A DNA stretch of 64,000 nucleotides from NCBI GenBank assembly GCA_964016885.1, contig OZ024741.1, positions 271,932,001-271,996,000 of the forward strand, in the 5' to 3' direction. The notes below the pieces were generated by a model. That model was not told where the DNA came from and made no database searches. It saw only the letters and a program-made list of their open reading frames with translations. Origin of the DNA: Eledone cirrhosa. Taxonomy: Eukaryota. Each line of letters starts with the position of its first letter. Positions within the stretch are counted from its first letter, which is position 1. This document shows positions 24,586 to 37,632 of the stretch, piece after piece. Position numbers and translations under genes: made by a program.

Positions 24586-27500
24586 TTTTTTTTTTGTGTT
24601 TGACAAAATAAAGCATAGACTGGTGTTATATTGATTCACTAAAACTTTCTCATGACTACATTTGAATGACTTACATCAAACACAATGGAAGATTAATCAT
24701 TCTTGGTATAACAACTGTTCATCTTCTGTAGGTCTTTCTTTTAACTCTTAACGTTGAGTACTGCATGAACATGAAACCATATTAGCAAAACATTCTTGAG
24801 AAGTACAAAACACATTAACCATTTCGTTCCCATATTTCTAATGAAATACACTGCCTTTGGTTTTCAAATGATTGTGAAAATAATCAAGAATTTAGAAGGA
24901 TTTAATATAACTAACTTTCTCGTTATTTAGCTGATATTTTGTGAGATTTTGTCATCATAGTATCACGAGTGGTTTCATGTAGATTGGTATCTAAAGGGTT
25001 AAAAATTAAAGTAATTACTTTATAATACTGCAATCTATCCACTAGTAAAGGTATTATAAATACTGGAATTAACAAACCTTGTTTTTAGGTATTTTCTACT
25101 AAACCATTACAAGAGGCTAAGAGTTAAACTACTGTTAGATTTTGAAAGATAAATTTTTTTTTCCATTTAAATGCCAGAATATGACAATCATCATCACCAT
25201 TTAAGTTCTGTTTTTTTTGTGCTTGCATGGTTTAAGTTGTCACGTTATGAGGCTATACAGGTCAGGTAACCATGTCTTGAATAGCCCAACAGCTCAGAGA
25301 TTTAGCTTGAACTTACATAGTTGTTCAATACCCTTTTGTTGTCTTTAGTAATATAACTGTTTCATTATTTATCTCGTGTGAGGGCAGAATCGCTATAGCA
25401 TCAGGTAACATGCTTTGCAGCAAATAGTTACAGTTCTTGACGTTCTGAGTTCAAATCCTGCTGAGTTAGCTTTGCCTTTCATCCTTTCACGGGTCGATTT
25501 AGTCGATTTACCCCCTTCCCTTCAAATTGCTGGCCTTGTGCTTAAAATAGAATTGGAGCATATAAATTCACATGGAGTTATGATGGAATATTTTTAGATA
25601 AAAATAAACTGGAAAGAGAGACTTTGGTAAGAAAAGGGTTGAACCTAATCACCATTGTGACCCAGAAATAAGATTTAAAAAATAACAAATACAATATATA
25701 TTTAGTTCATTTTTTTTTTCCTTTAAAAAAAATCAAAAAACAATTTTTTTTTAGAAATTAAAGAACAAAAAAAATCTGTTTTTAACAAGAATTTGGCAAT
25801 TTCCAGAATGTACAAGATTTTGGCATTTTTAAAGCAGTTCGATCCTTGATTTAAAATTTTTAAAATTTATATACAGAAGTTTGTAAGCGCAGGAAAAGTG
25901 AGATACTGTAAGCAATGAATATATAGTGGTATGTGAGGAGAGAAGTTGGTTGGGAAGAGAAACACAATGTGTTAACTGAGGTGGTGGTTGGTAGTGGTGA
26001 TAAGTCATTCATATTTATATCCATTCATCATCATCATTGTTTAATGTTTATTTTCCATGCCTGTATGGGTTAAATGGGTTGTAATGCTGTGAGATTAGAA
26101 AGATCAGGTGACCATGTCTTGTTCATTCATTTATGCTATTTGCATTGGTTTCTATGACTGGATGCTCCTCCTAAGACCAACCAGTTTACAGCATGTACTG
26201 GGAGCTTTTTTTATTGCACCAGGATTAACTTGCCTTACAAAGTGGAGTGGGTGCTTTTTGTTGTTGTGGAACAAGCACTACCACCTTACAGAGTGGAATG
26301 GGTGCTTTTTTTTTTGTCATGGTACCAGCACTACCAACTTACAGGGTGGGATGGGTGCTTTTTTATCATGGTACCAGCACTACCACCTTAGAGGAGAGAC
26401 TTGGGTGATTTTTTTCATCATGGTACCAGCACTATTTTACAGGATGGACTGGGTGATTTTTGTCATGGCACCAGCCCTACCACCTTACAGAAGTAGAACC
26501 TCGTTAGATCAATATTTGTAGAGACAATAACTTAGTGGATAATATATAGGGTTACCAGTTTATAGATAATCCTTTCAAACTTACTGAAGGTGTTTTGTTG
26601 GGGCAAGACACTTTATTGCATATGCTTTTCGGAAATATAATTAAAATTTAGGACACATTGTTAGGACCTCCAATATGCATCCTATCTGAGAAGTACCCTT
26701 AAGCTGTGTCAAAAACATGACAACTTCCCTAGTGCAGAATGTGTGGGACTGTATGTGAGATGCCAGTTGCTGGCCTATATGATCACTCAGTAAGGTGCAG
26801 GCTCTCATCACACTATGATGTCATTACCTCAGTTTTGGGTACCGTCATCAGCTAAGGACCCATCCAACCCTTGCTAGCCAGGAAAGTGAATGTTAAATGA
26901 TGATCCCAAGAAGAACCATATGAACATTACAGCACTGTGATAAGCCAAAAAAGGTAGGGGGTGGATATAAATATTTTAAAAGCTATGTAGCTTTACTGTT
27001 ATTGCTTGCATCACAGAGAGCCATCCATTTAAACACGTGGGACCTACTTTACAGCTATGTGGACAGAACCACATAGAAAAGGAGTTAACTAAGTATATTG
27101 GACATTAATAGACACTGTCATAATGTATCTATGGCTACATTAACTGATGTGTCCTATAAAACTGACTATCCACTGTAATAGTGTATCTGGGAGTCTATTA
27201 TCCAATGTGTCCTATAAAAGTGACCATCCATTATCATGGTGTATCTATGACTACATTATCCAATGTGTTCTATAAAATTGACCATCCACTGTAATAGTTT
27301 ATCTAAGAGTACATTATCCAATGTCCCCTAAAATTGACCATCCACTGTCAAAGTGTATCTAGGACTACATTATCCAATGTGTCCTCTTTTTCATTAAGAT
27401 CATAGGATATGATTTGAGGAAAATTTAGAGGCTCACTTGTTGGTTTGAATTTAAGTCAGTTCAATGTAGAAGTTTTCTCTTAAGACTAGAGGGGGTTTTA

Positions 27501-27919
27501 TGGCCTAGTGCATCATGGAAGGATGAGGGGGAAAATTGACCTCATTGGGATTTAAACTTGGAATGTAAAAAATACTGCAATGGCATTTTGACACTTTACC
27601 AACCCACCACCTCGGGTATATATATAACATAATGTCTACTGACACACTACCAACCCACGACCCCAGAGTATATATATATATATTTATATACTGTCTACTG
27701 ACACACTACCAACTCACCAGCCATTGTAATTCTATAAATATATATATGTATATGGAGGGCGGTTAATTTGGTGTTTGTCATTGGAGCGTTAGATATTTGT
27801 TCTGAGTCTAAATTCTGCAGAGATCCTCTTAGTCTTTTATCCTAAAAAGACATGCTGTAATCTTTGCCTTAAAAGGCATGTTGTAACCTTTGCTTTCAAA
27901 GGCCTGTTGCAATCTTTAC

Positions 27920-28975
27920 CTTTAAAGTGAAACAGAGATAGCATGCTGCCTGAAAGTTGCCCGATTTTTCATTATTAAAGTTCGAAAGGGGCTGGAAGCT
28001 GCTGGTGGGGATCCAATAGCTGCTGCTAAGGGTCCTAATACAATCAGAAGACCTAACTTTGTATGAAAGGTCCAGAAAATAATTGATAAGAGCCCCAGAA
28101 AGTTAATCAGAGCCATAGTAAAGGACCCCAAGATGTTAGAGCGTACCATCAAAAGTATTGTACATAAGGAGATCCATTACAAGTTCAGAGAGGTCAGTTA
28201 ATGTTGGAATAGATAAGTGAAAATTATTCGATCTGTTTGAAGTGATTACTAAACTAAACCACCCAAAGGTTGGAATGCTTTGGTTTTTCTCTGAGAAAAA
28301 CTTTGATCAAGACCAAAAGGTAAACAAAGGAACAACAGATGGTTACTCTTGGGTCCCAAATAATAGGGTGGGCTGGAATAAGTTGGGGTGTGTGAAATAA
28401 GAGAGTGTGTGTGTGGGGTGGGGGGCAGTAATAGAAAAATTAATATGGCGGGGGAGATTATTCGAAACCTGAGTTCTGTGTATTATGCATACCAAATTCC
28501 CACTAACTATGATGGTTCTAGGAGTCGTCAGCAAGGAAGATGTCATGCCTCTTCACTTCTTTCCTCGGGGCTTAAGAGTCAATGCTGTTGTCTATCCGAT
28601 ATTGGAGAGGGTTGTGAAGCCCTGGATAAACAGTGTACATAATGGAAGACTGTACATCTTCCAACAAGATGCTGCACCACCTCATAAGGTTAAGACAACC
28701 AAAGTATGGATTTATGATGACAATTTCCATGATCATGTTCTCCCAAACAGATGGCCTCCTAGCTCACCAGACTTGAATCCACTGGACTACTACATATGGA
28801 GCATAGTCAAGAGAGGTCAGTCAACGCCCCCCACTTGTCCCATAACACCATCAAATCTCTCAAGTACACTATCGACAGTCTAAAATTGATAAAGATCATC
28901 TGATTCAGGCATCTCAATACTTCTGACCCCGTATCTTAGCAGCCATTGATGCTAATGGTGGATTCATTAAATAAG
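27920..28975 (+). pseudogene. Decayed Tc1/mariner-superfamily transposase (maT/DD37D-like)
   Basis: ORF 28485-28883: MVLGVVS, YIFQQDAAPPH, WPPSSPDLNPLDYYIW, with 38 residues between the last two Asp in this copy; upstream WFFSEK-like remnant. Confidence 0.8.
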
Positions 28976-29802
28976 TCTGCTATAAGGATTCTCAAGATTA
29001 TTTGCACCAATTTGTTTTCAAATAAAGATTTTCTTTCATGGGCAATACGTCTTTTTCACTGGGAGCATATATAAGCTAGAATGCAGAATACCAGTATGTC
29101 TGTAGCCCTGCTTGAGTACTGACTTGGTTGAAGACCTGTCCAACCTTCACTAACAGGGAAAACGAAAACGATGATCATGATGTATGTATGTAGCTATATT
29201 AAAATCTATAGGGCTGTTTTAGCATACTGGTCCACACATATTTGAGGTTTGATTCCTGCAAGCAGTACTGTCACAGGTTTTCATACAGTCATATTTTGTG
29301 TGTATAAAGATGCATCATTTAAGTTTGTCTATAAAATTTTAGCCATTACATTACACACACACGTGTGTATATATATATATGTGTGTGTTAGTTAAGTGTG
29401 TAACAACAGTTACAGTGGTGCACCGTTCGAACCACTCAATAATGTTACGACTGTAGTGTGCAGAGTGTAAATAGAATTAAAAGAGTCAAAGTCAGTGTTG
29501 CAGTATATGTACAGACTTTATTAGCAAATTGCAATTGCTTCGATATCACGATATTGAAAAAATTGTTATATGCAAATAAAGTTTGTACATATACTGCACC
29601 CAGCACACACTGTCAATGTGGTTGGCGTTAGGAAGGGCATCCAGCTGTAGAAAACACCCCTATATGAGCAAGACACGGTCACCTGACCCAACTTGCCTCT
29701 AGACGGGACCTGTCTAACCCATGCTAGCGTGGAAGATAGGCATTTATCGATTGATCAACTGCAACACTGACTTTGACTCTTTTAAATCTTTATATATATA
29801 TA

Positions 29803-29897
29803 CAGGGTTTCCCCCCAAAATGTATACACACTTTGATTACCTGTACAGGCAATATTTATTAGAAAGCTGTTGAAGTGTGTACAATTTTGGGGACAAC

Positions 29898-29900
<3 letters not shown>
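29803..29900. mobile_element. Tiny Tc1/mariner MITE in a (TA)n tract
   Basis: TA-cagggtttccccccaaaatgtatacac ... gtgtgtacaattttggggacaacctg-TA. Confidence 0.65.
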
Positions 29901-29931
<31 letters not shown>

Positions 29932-30432
29932 TAATCATCATCATTTAACGTCTATTTTCCAGCCTTTCTATGTTAGTGATATGGTAAAGGCAGTAATTTA
30001 GGGACCCAACCCTCCTATGTTAGAGGCAGTTGATTACTTTTGTTAATGAACCAAGAAATTTAAGGCCATTCTCTATGCTAAAGCAGAGGTTAGTAAATTA
30101 AGCCCCATGACACTTAAATAAACATGCTATGGGATCATTTCTGAAGCAATGTTTTATGGCCAGCTGCCCTTCCTGGTATCAACCCTTATATAAATATATC
30201 CCTTTTATGTTTGATTTAAGCTAAGTCAGGGCAACCCCTCCTCCACCAAATTTTAAGTTGGTTATATCTACTCTAGTACTCTGTGTCTAAGTTTTGTATT
30301 AATCTCATTAGAAATGAAAGTCAAACCATCTTTCAGTGGAAGGGAAATAACTCAGCTAAACCTAATATTTTGGTCACTGCACCTATTTTCATTCACCCAA
30401 TGCTAATCCTTGAACACAAATGTACGTGTGTG

Positions 30433-30467
<35 letters not shown>

Positions 30468-31645
30468 GGTATAAACTCAAGTTTCAGGTGTGTTTAAGTA
30501 AGCTGCCTTATTGACCCTGCAGTTAAAAAGGTACTCAATACATTAGTAGCGTGTAAATATCATTATTTCATAGGAGGATTGGCAGTATCAGTAGAGGGTC
30601 GGACGCCATGCTTTGACGCATAGAGTTACGGTCCTTGCCATTCTGAGTTCAAATCCCGCCGAGGTTAACTTTGCCTTTCATCCTTTCGGGGTCGATAAAA
30701 TAAAATACCAGTAATACACTGGCATAATTGCTGGCCTTGTGCCAAAAGTAGAAACAATTATTTCATACAAATGAAACAGTTCTAGTCCTGTAGAAGCCAT
30801 TTCTAATTTTGGCACAAGGCCAGCAATTATCCCAGTGTATTACTGGTGCTTTATTTTATCGACCCCGTAAGGACGAAAGGCAAAGTTAACGTTAGCAGGA
30901 TTTGAACTCAGACCATAAAGGGCCGTAACTCTTTGATATAAAGCATGGCGTCAGACCCTCTACCGGTACTGCCAATCCACTGCCTTATTAAATAATTATA
31001 TATATAATGATCATCATTTAATATGTGTTTTTCCATGCTAGCATTTGTTGGACACACACATGTATAATTTCATACTCCCTCAAGAGCCTGATGAGCAAGG
31101 AGATTAATCATTTATATAGAAAATTATATATCATCATCAAAATAATCCTCCTCCTCCTCCTTATCATTACTACCACCACCACTATCATCATCAACAACAT
31201 CGCCATCCTCATCATCACTATATATGTCTTTCCATGTTTAGGTTGGATGAGTTTTCTCCAGTACAGCTTCTCTTCATTTCCCTCTCTCTCTCCTGTGAGG
31301 GTCAACAACCCAATGTCAGCTTTCACCACTTCTGTCCATATCTTCTTTGCTTTACCACCGCCACATGGAAGTCCTGCGTCTACTCTGCCCTACATTCATC
31401 ATCCATATGCATTACCTGTCCACACCAACACAACCCCTTCTCCACAAAGATCAGTGGCATAAGATACATACTTGAAATATATATATATAATATGGCCTCG
31501 GATTTTTATTGATAGATAATGCTCCAGCTTACACTTTTATACAGGTTGAGTGCTTTTATCTACTTCATAACCGGCAGACCATTATATGGTCCGCACATCC
31601 TTGTTCGGTTAGTTAACCCCTTACTATACACACACACACACACAC

Positions 31646-31702
<57 letters not shown>

Positions 31703-32604
31703 AGGGTTAGTCACAGGAATGACATCCTTCTGTAGAATACTTACTGCCTAAAAATCTCATCAAACCTATTCTAGCATCGAAATATGAAAGTAAAAATGAT
31801 GATGATGATATGTGCTGGCATTATGGTAAAATATACATAGTACACCCTGCAAAGTGGTTGGTCTTAGGAAGGGCATCCAGGTGTAGAAACTTTGCCAAAA
31901 CCGGAATATATTTAAGCAAGACATGACCCCTGTTCTTGGTTAGTTGGTAATGTATAGCATATTACAAAATATAGTTACTAGGATAGAAAGTACTTGGGCA
32001 GGATGTATATGTCATAAGGAAATACCATAAGGGGCTGGACAGTCTGTAAAAGGGTCATAAGGAAATATAAGGGGCTGGACAGTCTGTAAAAGGGTCATAA
32101 TTACTGTTTGCAGTAGGACCCCTTCCATATCACCTTTAAATATGTCCCCTTCTTCACCACCAACACCTCAACATATTACCTCACCTTATACTTTCTTTGT
32201 TATTTTTATATTATGATGTTGTTGTTGTTTAGCCAAGGCCAACTGAAGTGAAGCTGACCTCTGATCTAAAGAAATTCCAGCTGACCATACCATCTTTTAT
32301 ACAGGCATAGTGTATTGAGAGCTACATTATTTTAATGTGTCCTTCATTCTTTTGAAGATGGTAGGGTGTGATTTGAGGAAAGTTTGGTTGCTATTTCTAG
32401 TTAGTTGGTGATGACTTTCAGGCTCCTTCATTGGCTCGACAAAGTTTCTACACAGTAGCTTCTCTTGGTAGAAATAGCAGCCAAATTGCCCTCAAATCAT
32501 ACTCAGACTTACTATCTTCATTTCTTTCATCGTTTGGCAAAAGACGATTTTTATCATCAATGTACTTTTATCTGTTTTTGTTAGTCTTTAAATTTGTGTC
32601 TCGT

Positions 32605-33020
32605 CTGTCAATCTGTCTGTCTACCTGTTAGTGTATCTGTCTACCTGTTAGTGTATCTGTCTACCTGTTAGTGTATCTGTCTACCTGTCAATCTGTCTGT
32701 CTACCTGTTAGTGTATCTGTCTACCTGTTAGTGTATCTGTCTACCTGTTAGTGTATCTGTCTACCTGTCAATCTGTCTGTCTACCTGTTAGTGTATCTGT
32801 CTACCTGTTAGTGTATCTGTCTACCTGTTAGTGTATCTGTCTACCTGTTAGTGTATCTGTCTACCTGTTAGTGTATCTGTCTACCTGTTAGTGTATCTGT
32901 CTACCTGTTAGTGTATCTGTCTACCTGTCAATCTGTCTGTCTACCTGTTAGTGTATCTGTCTACCTGTCAATCTATCTGTATACCTGTCAGCCTGTCTGT
33001 CAATCTGTCTGTCTGTCAAT
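32605..33020. repeat. 20-bp minisatellite just downstream of the Rab stop codon
   Basis: ctacctgttagtgtatctgt x14, interspersed with ctacctgtcaatctgtctgt variants. Confidence 0.95.
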
Positions 33021-33080
33021 CACCACCTGTTAATCTCCACTTGATTAAATTTAAATTTATTATAAGTTACTCATTGAAAT

Positions 33081-33253
33081 TCAGCAGTAACAACTTGTGA
33101 TGTCAGCTTTCGGTTTCCCATTTTCCAGCTGCAACATAAGGCCTGCTGCAGTCCCTTCTAAAGTGACAGAATTACGTATTTTCAGTCCCGAATTTGGTAT
33201 ATCGATTAGTTTAATAAGTCCTTGTGCTAATTTGAAAAATGTTTCATCAATTC
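33081..33253 (-). CDS. RabX1/Rab31-like GTPase, last coding exon with CxC prenylation motif
   Basis: ttctgttttacAG|GA ATT GAT GAA. Encodes (G)IDETFFKLAQGLIKL...KADITSCYC*; a terminal CYC is a Rab geranylgeranylation signal. Confidence 0.9.
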
Positions 33254-33518
33254 CTGTAAAACAGAACAAAGGAGAAGAGTTAATCTTTTTAATACTATAT
33301 CGCCAATGAAACACGCCGATTATGACTTTTAAAAAACTCTGAAAATAATCAAGAATTTGGAGGGATTTAATAATATAACTAACTTTCTGCCAGGGTAAGT
33401 GACTGGTAGATAGTATCAGCAATAGAAAAACCAATGGAAACATTGTTTCCTGTGACTGATTTGATGAGTTCCACCAAAATCTGTAAGTGAATATGGGTCT
33501 GGGATCTTGTTGATCAAA

Positions 33519-33555
<37 letters not shown>

Positions 33556-34959
33556 CACATGAATGTATATATATATATATATATATACATTGCTCTCTCT
33601 GTCAGTAGTTGTGACCAGTAGATAGTATCAGCAATGGAAAGACCAATAGAAACATTGTTTCCTCTGTAAGTGAATGAGGTCTGGGGTCTTGTCAATCAAA
33701 CTCTATTATCTATTAACTTTCTTATTATAAAACTGGTATTTGGGACATAACAAAGATTCTTACATAAAATAACAATGGAAGGTTTTAAGATAAATCCAAT
33801 TATTTAAAAATAAATAGTTTTGTATCACAGAATAATAATAATAGGTATAAATCGAAGTTGTAGCTGCAATATAGCAGTTAACAATCAAATTGTTTGAGGC
33901 AGTCACAAAGCACTTAATGGTGCGAAAAGTTAATACATTTTCATCTAGAGTAAACAAAGTTAAGAAAGTGTGACACCAAAAAAAGTGACCAAATGCATAT
34001 GGTTGTACCACAACAAACGTCAATACAAACAGGTTGAAGACTAACATGGACCATCTCGAATAGACAGGAATTGATAGAAATTGATAAAAATCTTCGATAG
34101 GTGTCTGTGACTCCAAGAGGCTGCACCAAGAGTTGAATTATGCATATGCATTCCCATGATGGAATGGGAGTTTCCTTCATTGGCAAAATTTGTTCCGTAT
34201 TATCCAACATGGTTCTACCAGAAGACATTGAGGCATTCTACCGTAGTAGTAAATTAGCCTGTGTTATCATATAACTTTTCTCAAAAGAGGAAGGTCAAGT
34301 TGGCCGAACTGTTGGTGGGTAAATTCAGGGTGTGAACAAAGATTCTCAACTAGCGTTTATAAACAAAATCAATCAAATACATGAAACTAGGATAATAATA
34401 ATAATAATTGTTTCTACTTTAGGCACAAGGCCAGCAATTACCCAGTGCATTACTGGTACTTTATTTTATCGACCCAGTAGGATGAAAGGCAAAGTCAACC
34501 TTGGCGGGATTTAATAATGTTTCTACTTTTGGCACAAAACCAGCAATTACCCAGTGCATTACTGGTACTTTATTTTATCGACCCAGTAAGGATGAAAGGC
34601 AAAGTTAACCTCGGCGGGATTTGAACTGGGACTGTAAAGGGCCATAACTCTATGCTACAAAGCATGGCGGTTGACCCTCTACTGATACTGCCAAATAATA
34701 GGTATAAATCGAGTGTTTTTACATGACACCAACATTAAAACTTTACAAGGTAAATTGGGTGAACTTTATAATGGCATCAACACTAGAGAGGTTGTTACCT
34801 GCTCACCCAGACTAACCCTATATTGTCCCATATTGATCACCAACACACTGTAGCCTCTGGTCACTCAATACATTTACTTTTTGTGTTTGAAGATTTAAAT
34901 ATAAATAGGAACTGTTTAAAATAGGTGGTTTTGTTTCATAGGAACAGAAGCAGTTCTGA

Positions 34960-35661
34960 AGGGGTTACTATGGAAAGGGGTTAAATGTACCAGTTTTAAA
35001 TAACACTGATGTCTGGAGGGGTTACTATGAAAAAGGGTTAAATGTACCAGTTTTCAATAACAATGTCAGGAGAGGTTAGAAGGAAAAAGGGTTAAATGTT
35101 CCAGTATTAATTAATGCCAATGTCGCAAAGAAGTATGGAAAAGGGTTACTGTATATATTTGAATATAAGTTGAGGAATATGTGACCAAAGAAATCAATAG
35201 TAAAATGGGGAGTTGTCTTATATATGCCATCTAAACAATGTGTTGATTAACTGCCTTAGTTTATAAATGGGGTTTGGATTTTTTACCCTTTCTCAGACAT
35301 AAAATAAGATGGAGAGAAGGGGGTTATATCTGAGAATATACGATAAGTGTACTACTATTATATAATGCTGATGTCTCAAAGGAGTATGGAAAAGGGGTTA
35401 AATGTACTGGTATTATATGATGCTGATATCTGAAGGGATTACTATGAAAAGGGGTTAAGTGTACCAGTTTTAAATAGCGCTGGTATCTGGAGGGGTTAGA
35501 ATGGAGAAGGGTTAAATTTACTAGTATTAAATAATGCTGATGTCTGGAGGGGTTAGACTGAAAAAGGGGTTAAATGTACCGGTATTAAATAATGCTGATG
35601 TCTGGAGGGGTTAGACTGAAAAAGGGGTTAAATGTACCGGTATTAAATAATGCTGATGTCT
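34960..35661. repeat. ~58-bp minisatellite overlapping the 3' end and donor site of a Rab exon
   Basis: Unit ggaggggttagactgaaaaaggggttaaatgtaccggtattaaataatgctgatgtct; interrupted by a MITE-like insert at about 35148-35345. Confidence 0.85.
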
Positions 35662-35763
35662 CAAAGAAGAATGCCCCAATAGAATTGGCATATTGTTCAG
35701 CTTCAGCTGTGGATACTCTTCTCTGGTGTTCTAGATCCTGTTTGTTCCCCAGAAGGCACATCA
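35638..35763 (-). CDS. RabX1/Rab31-like GTPase, internal exon (G4 NKxD, G5 ETSA)
   Basis: ttcctcctcttgcAG|TG ATG TGC...AAT ACC G|GTACAT. Encodes (V)MCLLGNKQDLEHQRRVSTAEAEQYANSIGAFFFETSALFNT; 126 nt, phases 1/1. Confidence 0.92.
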
Positions 35764-35863
35764 CTGCAAGAGGAGGAAGAAGATGAAGGAGGAAGAAGAG
35801 CAACGATGAACAATATAGAGGTACATATCATTTAATCTGTAGATATATATACATGTGTATGAG

Positions 35864-35897
<34 letters not shown>

Positions 35898-36052
35898 TAT
35901 GCTTAGCCCCATAAATCCAGATGGAATGGCAAGGGTGCCGTATTGACATACAGTGTTTCTTGAGCATTTTAAAACCTGGCGGAGTCCATCCCTCTCCAGG
36001 TTATATAATGTTTATATATACATTATATATATACACACAAACACATTATATA

Positions 36053-36535
36053 TATGATGGTAGATTTAATGCTCATGCAACCAGCATCTATAAGGATTTG
36101 TATGTCAGGTATTTTTTGTTGCCATTTGATGTTTAGGATTTGTCTTAAACATTTTTGATTAAAGTGTTCAAGCAAATTAAGGTGTCTATCATGTACTGTC
36201 CACATTTCCGAACAGTACAACAGAGCACTCAGAATGCAGGCCTTGTACACACTAATCTTGGTCTTGATATTGATGCCATGATCTGCCCACACTATCTTGT
36301 CAAGTTTTCCGAAGGCTACAGGTGTATTTCTGCATCCAGTGAACAATCCCTTGATAATGCACTACCCAGGTAAACAAAAGTGTCAACTACACACAACTTA
36401 GTTCCATGCTCTATTATATTTGGCTCAATATATGCTTCCTCTGGTGATGGGGTGAACTTGGTATTTTTTAGATTAATTTCCATGCCAAAGGCATTACAAG
36501 AAGCTGCAAGACAATCCATAATGTGCTGCATGTCA
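36053..36535 (-). mobile_element. Degenerate RTE-BovB-like LINE fragment
   Basis: ORFs 36316-36531 and 36023-36346: FGMEINLKNTK, FVYLGSALS, TKISVYKACILSALLY.SE.W, CLRQILNIKWQ. Confidence 0.8.
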
Positions 36536-36575
36536 TCTTACCTATATGTGTATCAATAATAAAGTGTGTACTTAC

Positions 36576-36605
36576 CTATAGGTGTATCAACGTTTTTTTT
36601 CAATT
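36576..36605 (-). CDS. RabX1/Rab31-like GTPase, 30-nt micro-exon
   Basis: tctttgtcttcAG|AATTGAAAAAAAACGTTGATACACCTATAG|GTAAGT. Gives (E)LKKNVDTPI(V), exactly filling the gap between the flanking exons; phases 1/1. Confidence 0.88.
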
Positions 36606-36974
36606 CTGAAGACAAAGAGTAGAAAACATAAAAATTACAATTAAATATAATCCATCAAAACACATAATTGTAAATGTTTTATTATTCTTTTCTGTGTTCT
36701 TGTTTTAACATAAAGCAATTATTTTAATGTTATAAACACATCTATCTATCTATATATATATATGTGTGTGTGTGTGTGTACCATACACACCTATACATAC
36801 ATATGTATATATGTGTATGTGTGTATACCATACACACTAAGTTAACTTTGCCTTTCATCCTTACGGGGTCGATAAAATAAAGTACCAGTAATGTACTGGG
36901 GTAATTGCTGGCCGTGTGCCCAAAGTAGAAACTATATATAAATATATATATATATTCCTCAGCACATGACCCTA

Positions 36975-37350
36975 CCATCTCATTCCATTTCTCTTCACAA
37001 CATTCATCACTGGCTCTATTCCTATCATGTTATTACTTTCATCCTTCCTCAACACATGACCATACCATCTCATTCCATCATCCTCTGCAATTTAATTGTC
37101 TGCTTTTCTACTTCTTAGTGTTATTCCACTCATCCACAGGGCCATTCTCGTTCCCATTCTTTCAAAACTTCTCTGTTGCTCCACATTCAACACCCAGACC
37201 TCACTCCCATAAATCATGACACTTCCCACACACACACATACATCACACGCCTTTCCCTTTAGTTTCAGTGAAACCATCCCTTCGTCATTAACCCATCATT
37301 CAGTTCCTGGAACTTCTTCCATACACATCTCACTCTAACTACCATCATTG
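36975..37350 (-). mobile_element. Old RTE fragment
   Basis: SLKLKGK...SVMIYGSEVWVLNVE...MALWM in ORF 37092-37277. Confidence 0.6.
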
Positions 37351-37632
37351 AGTCAGCTAAGGTTGTGGGTTCAATCTTTGAACTGGGTGGTATATGTCCT
37401 TGAGTAACACACATTATTTCATGTCATTCCACTTTATGTCTTTCCGCTTTTCCCTCTCTCTCCTCACTTTCCCTGTAAGAAATCGGCAGTGTTCAGTTTT
37501 TGATAGGTTTAAAATATCTGTACAACTGCAAGGCCATACAAGATCAGGGTCCATGAATGGAAGCATGGACTATAACCAAAACTATCTTGTCTTGTTTCCA
37601 GACTTAGTATTATATTCAACAAGGGGGATGTT

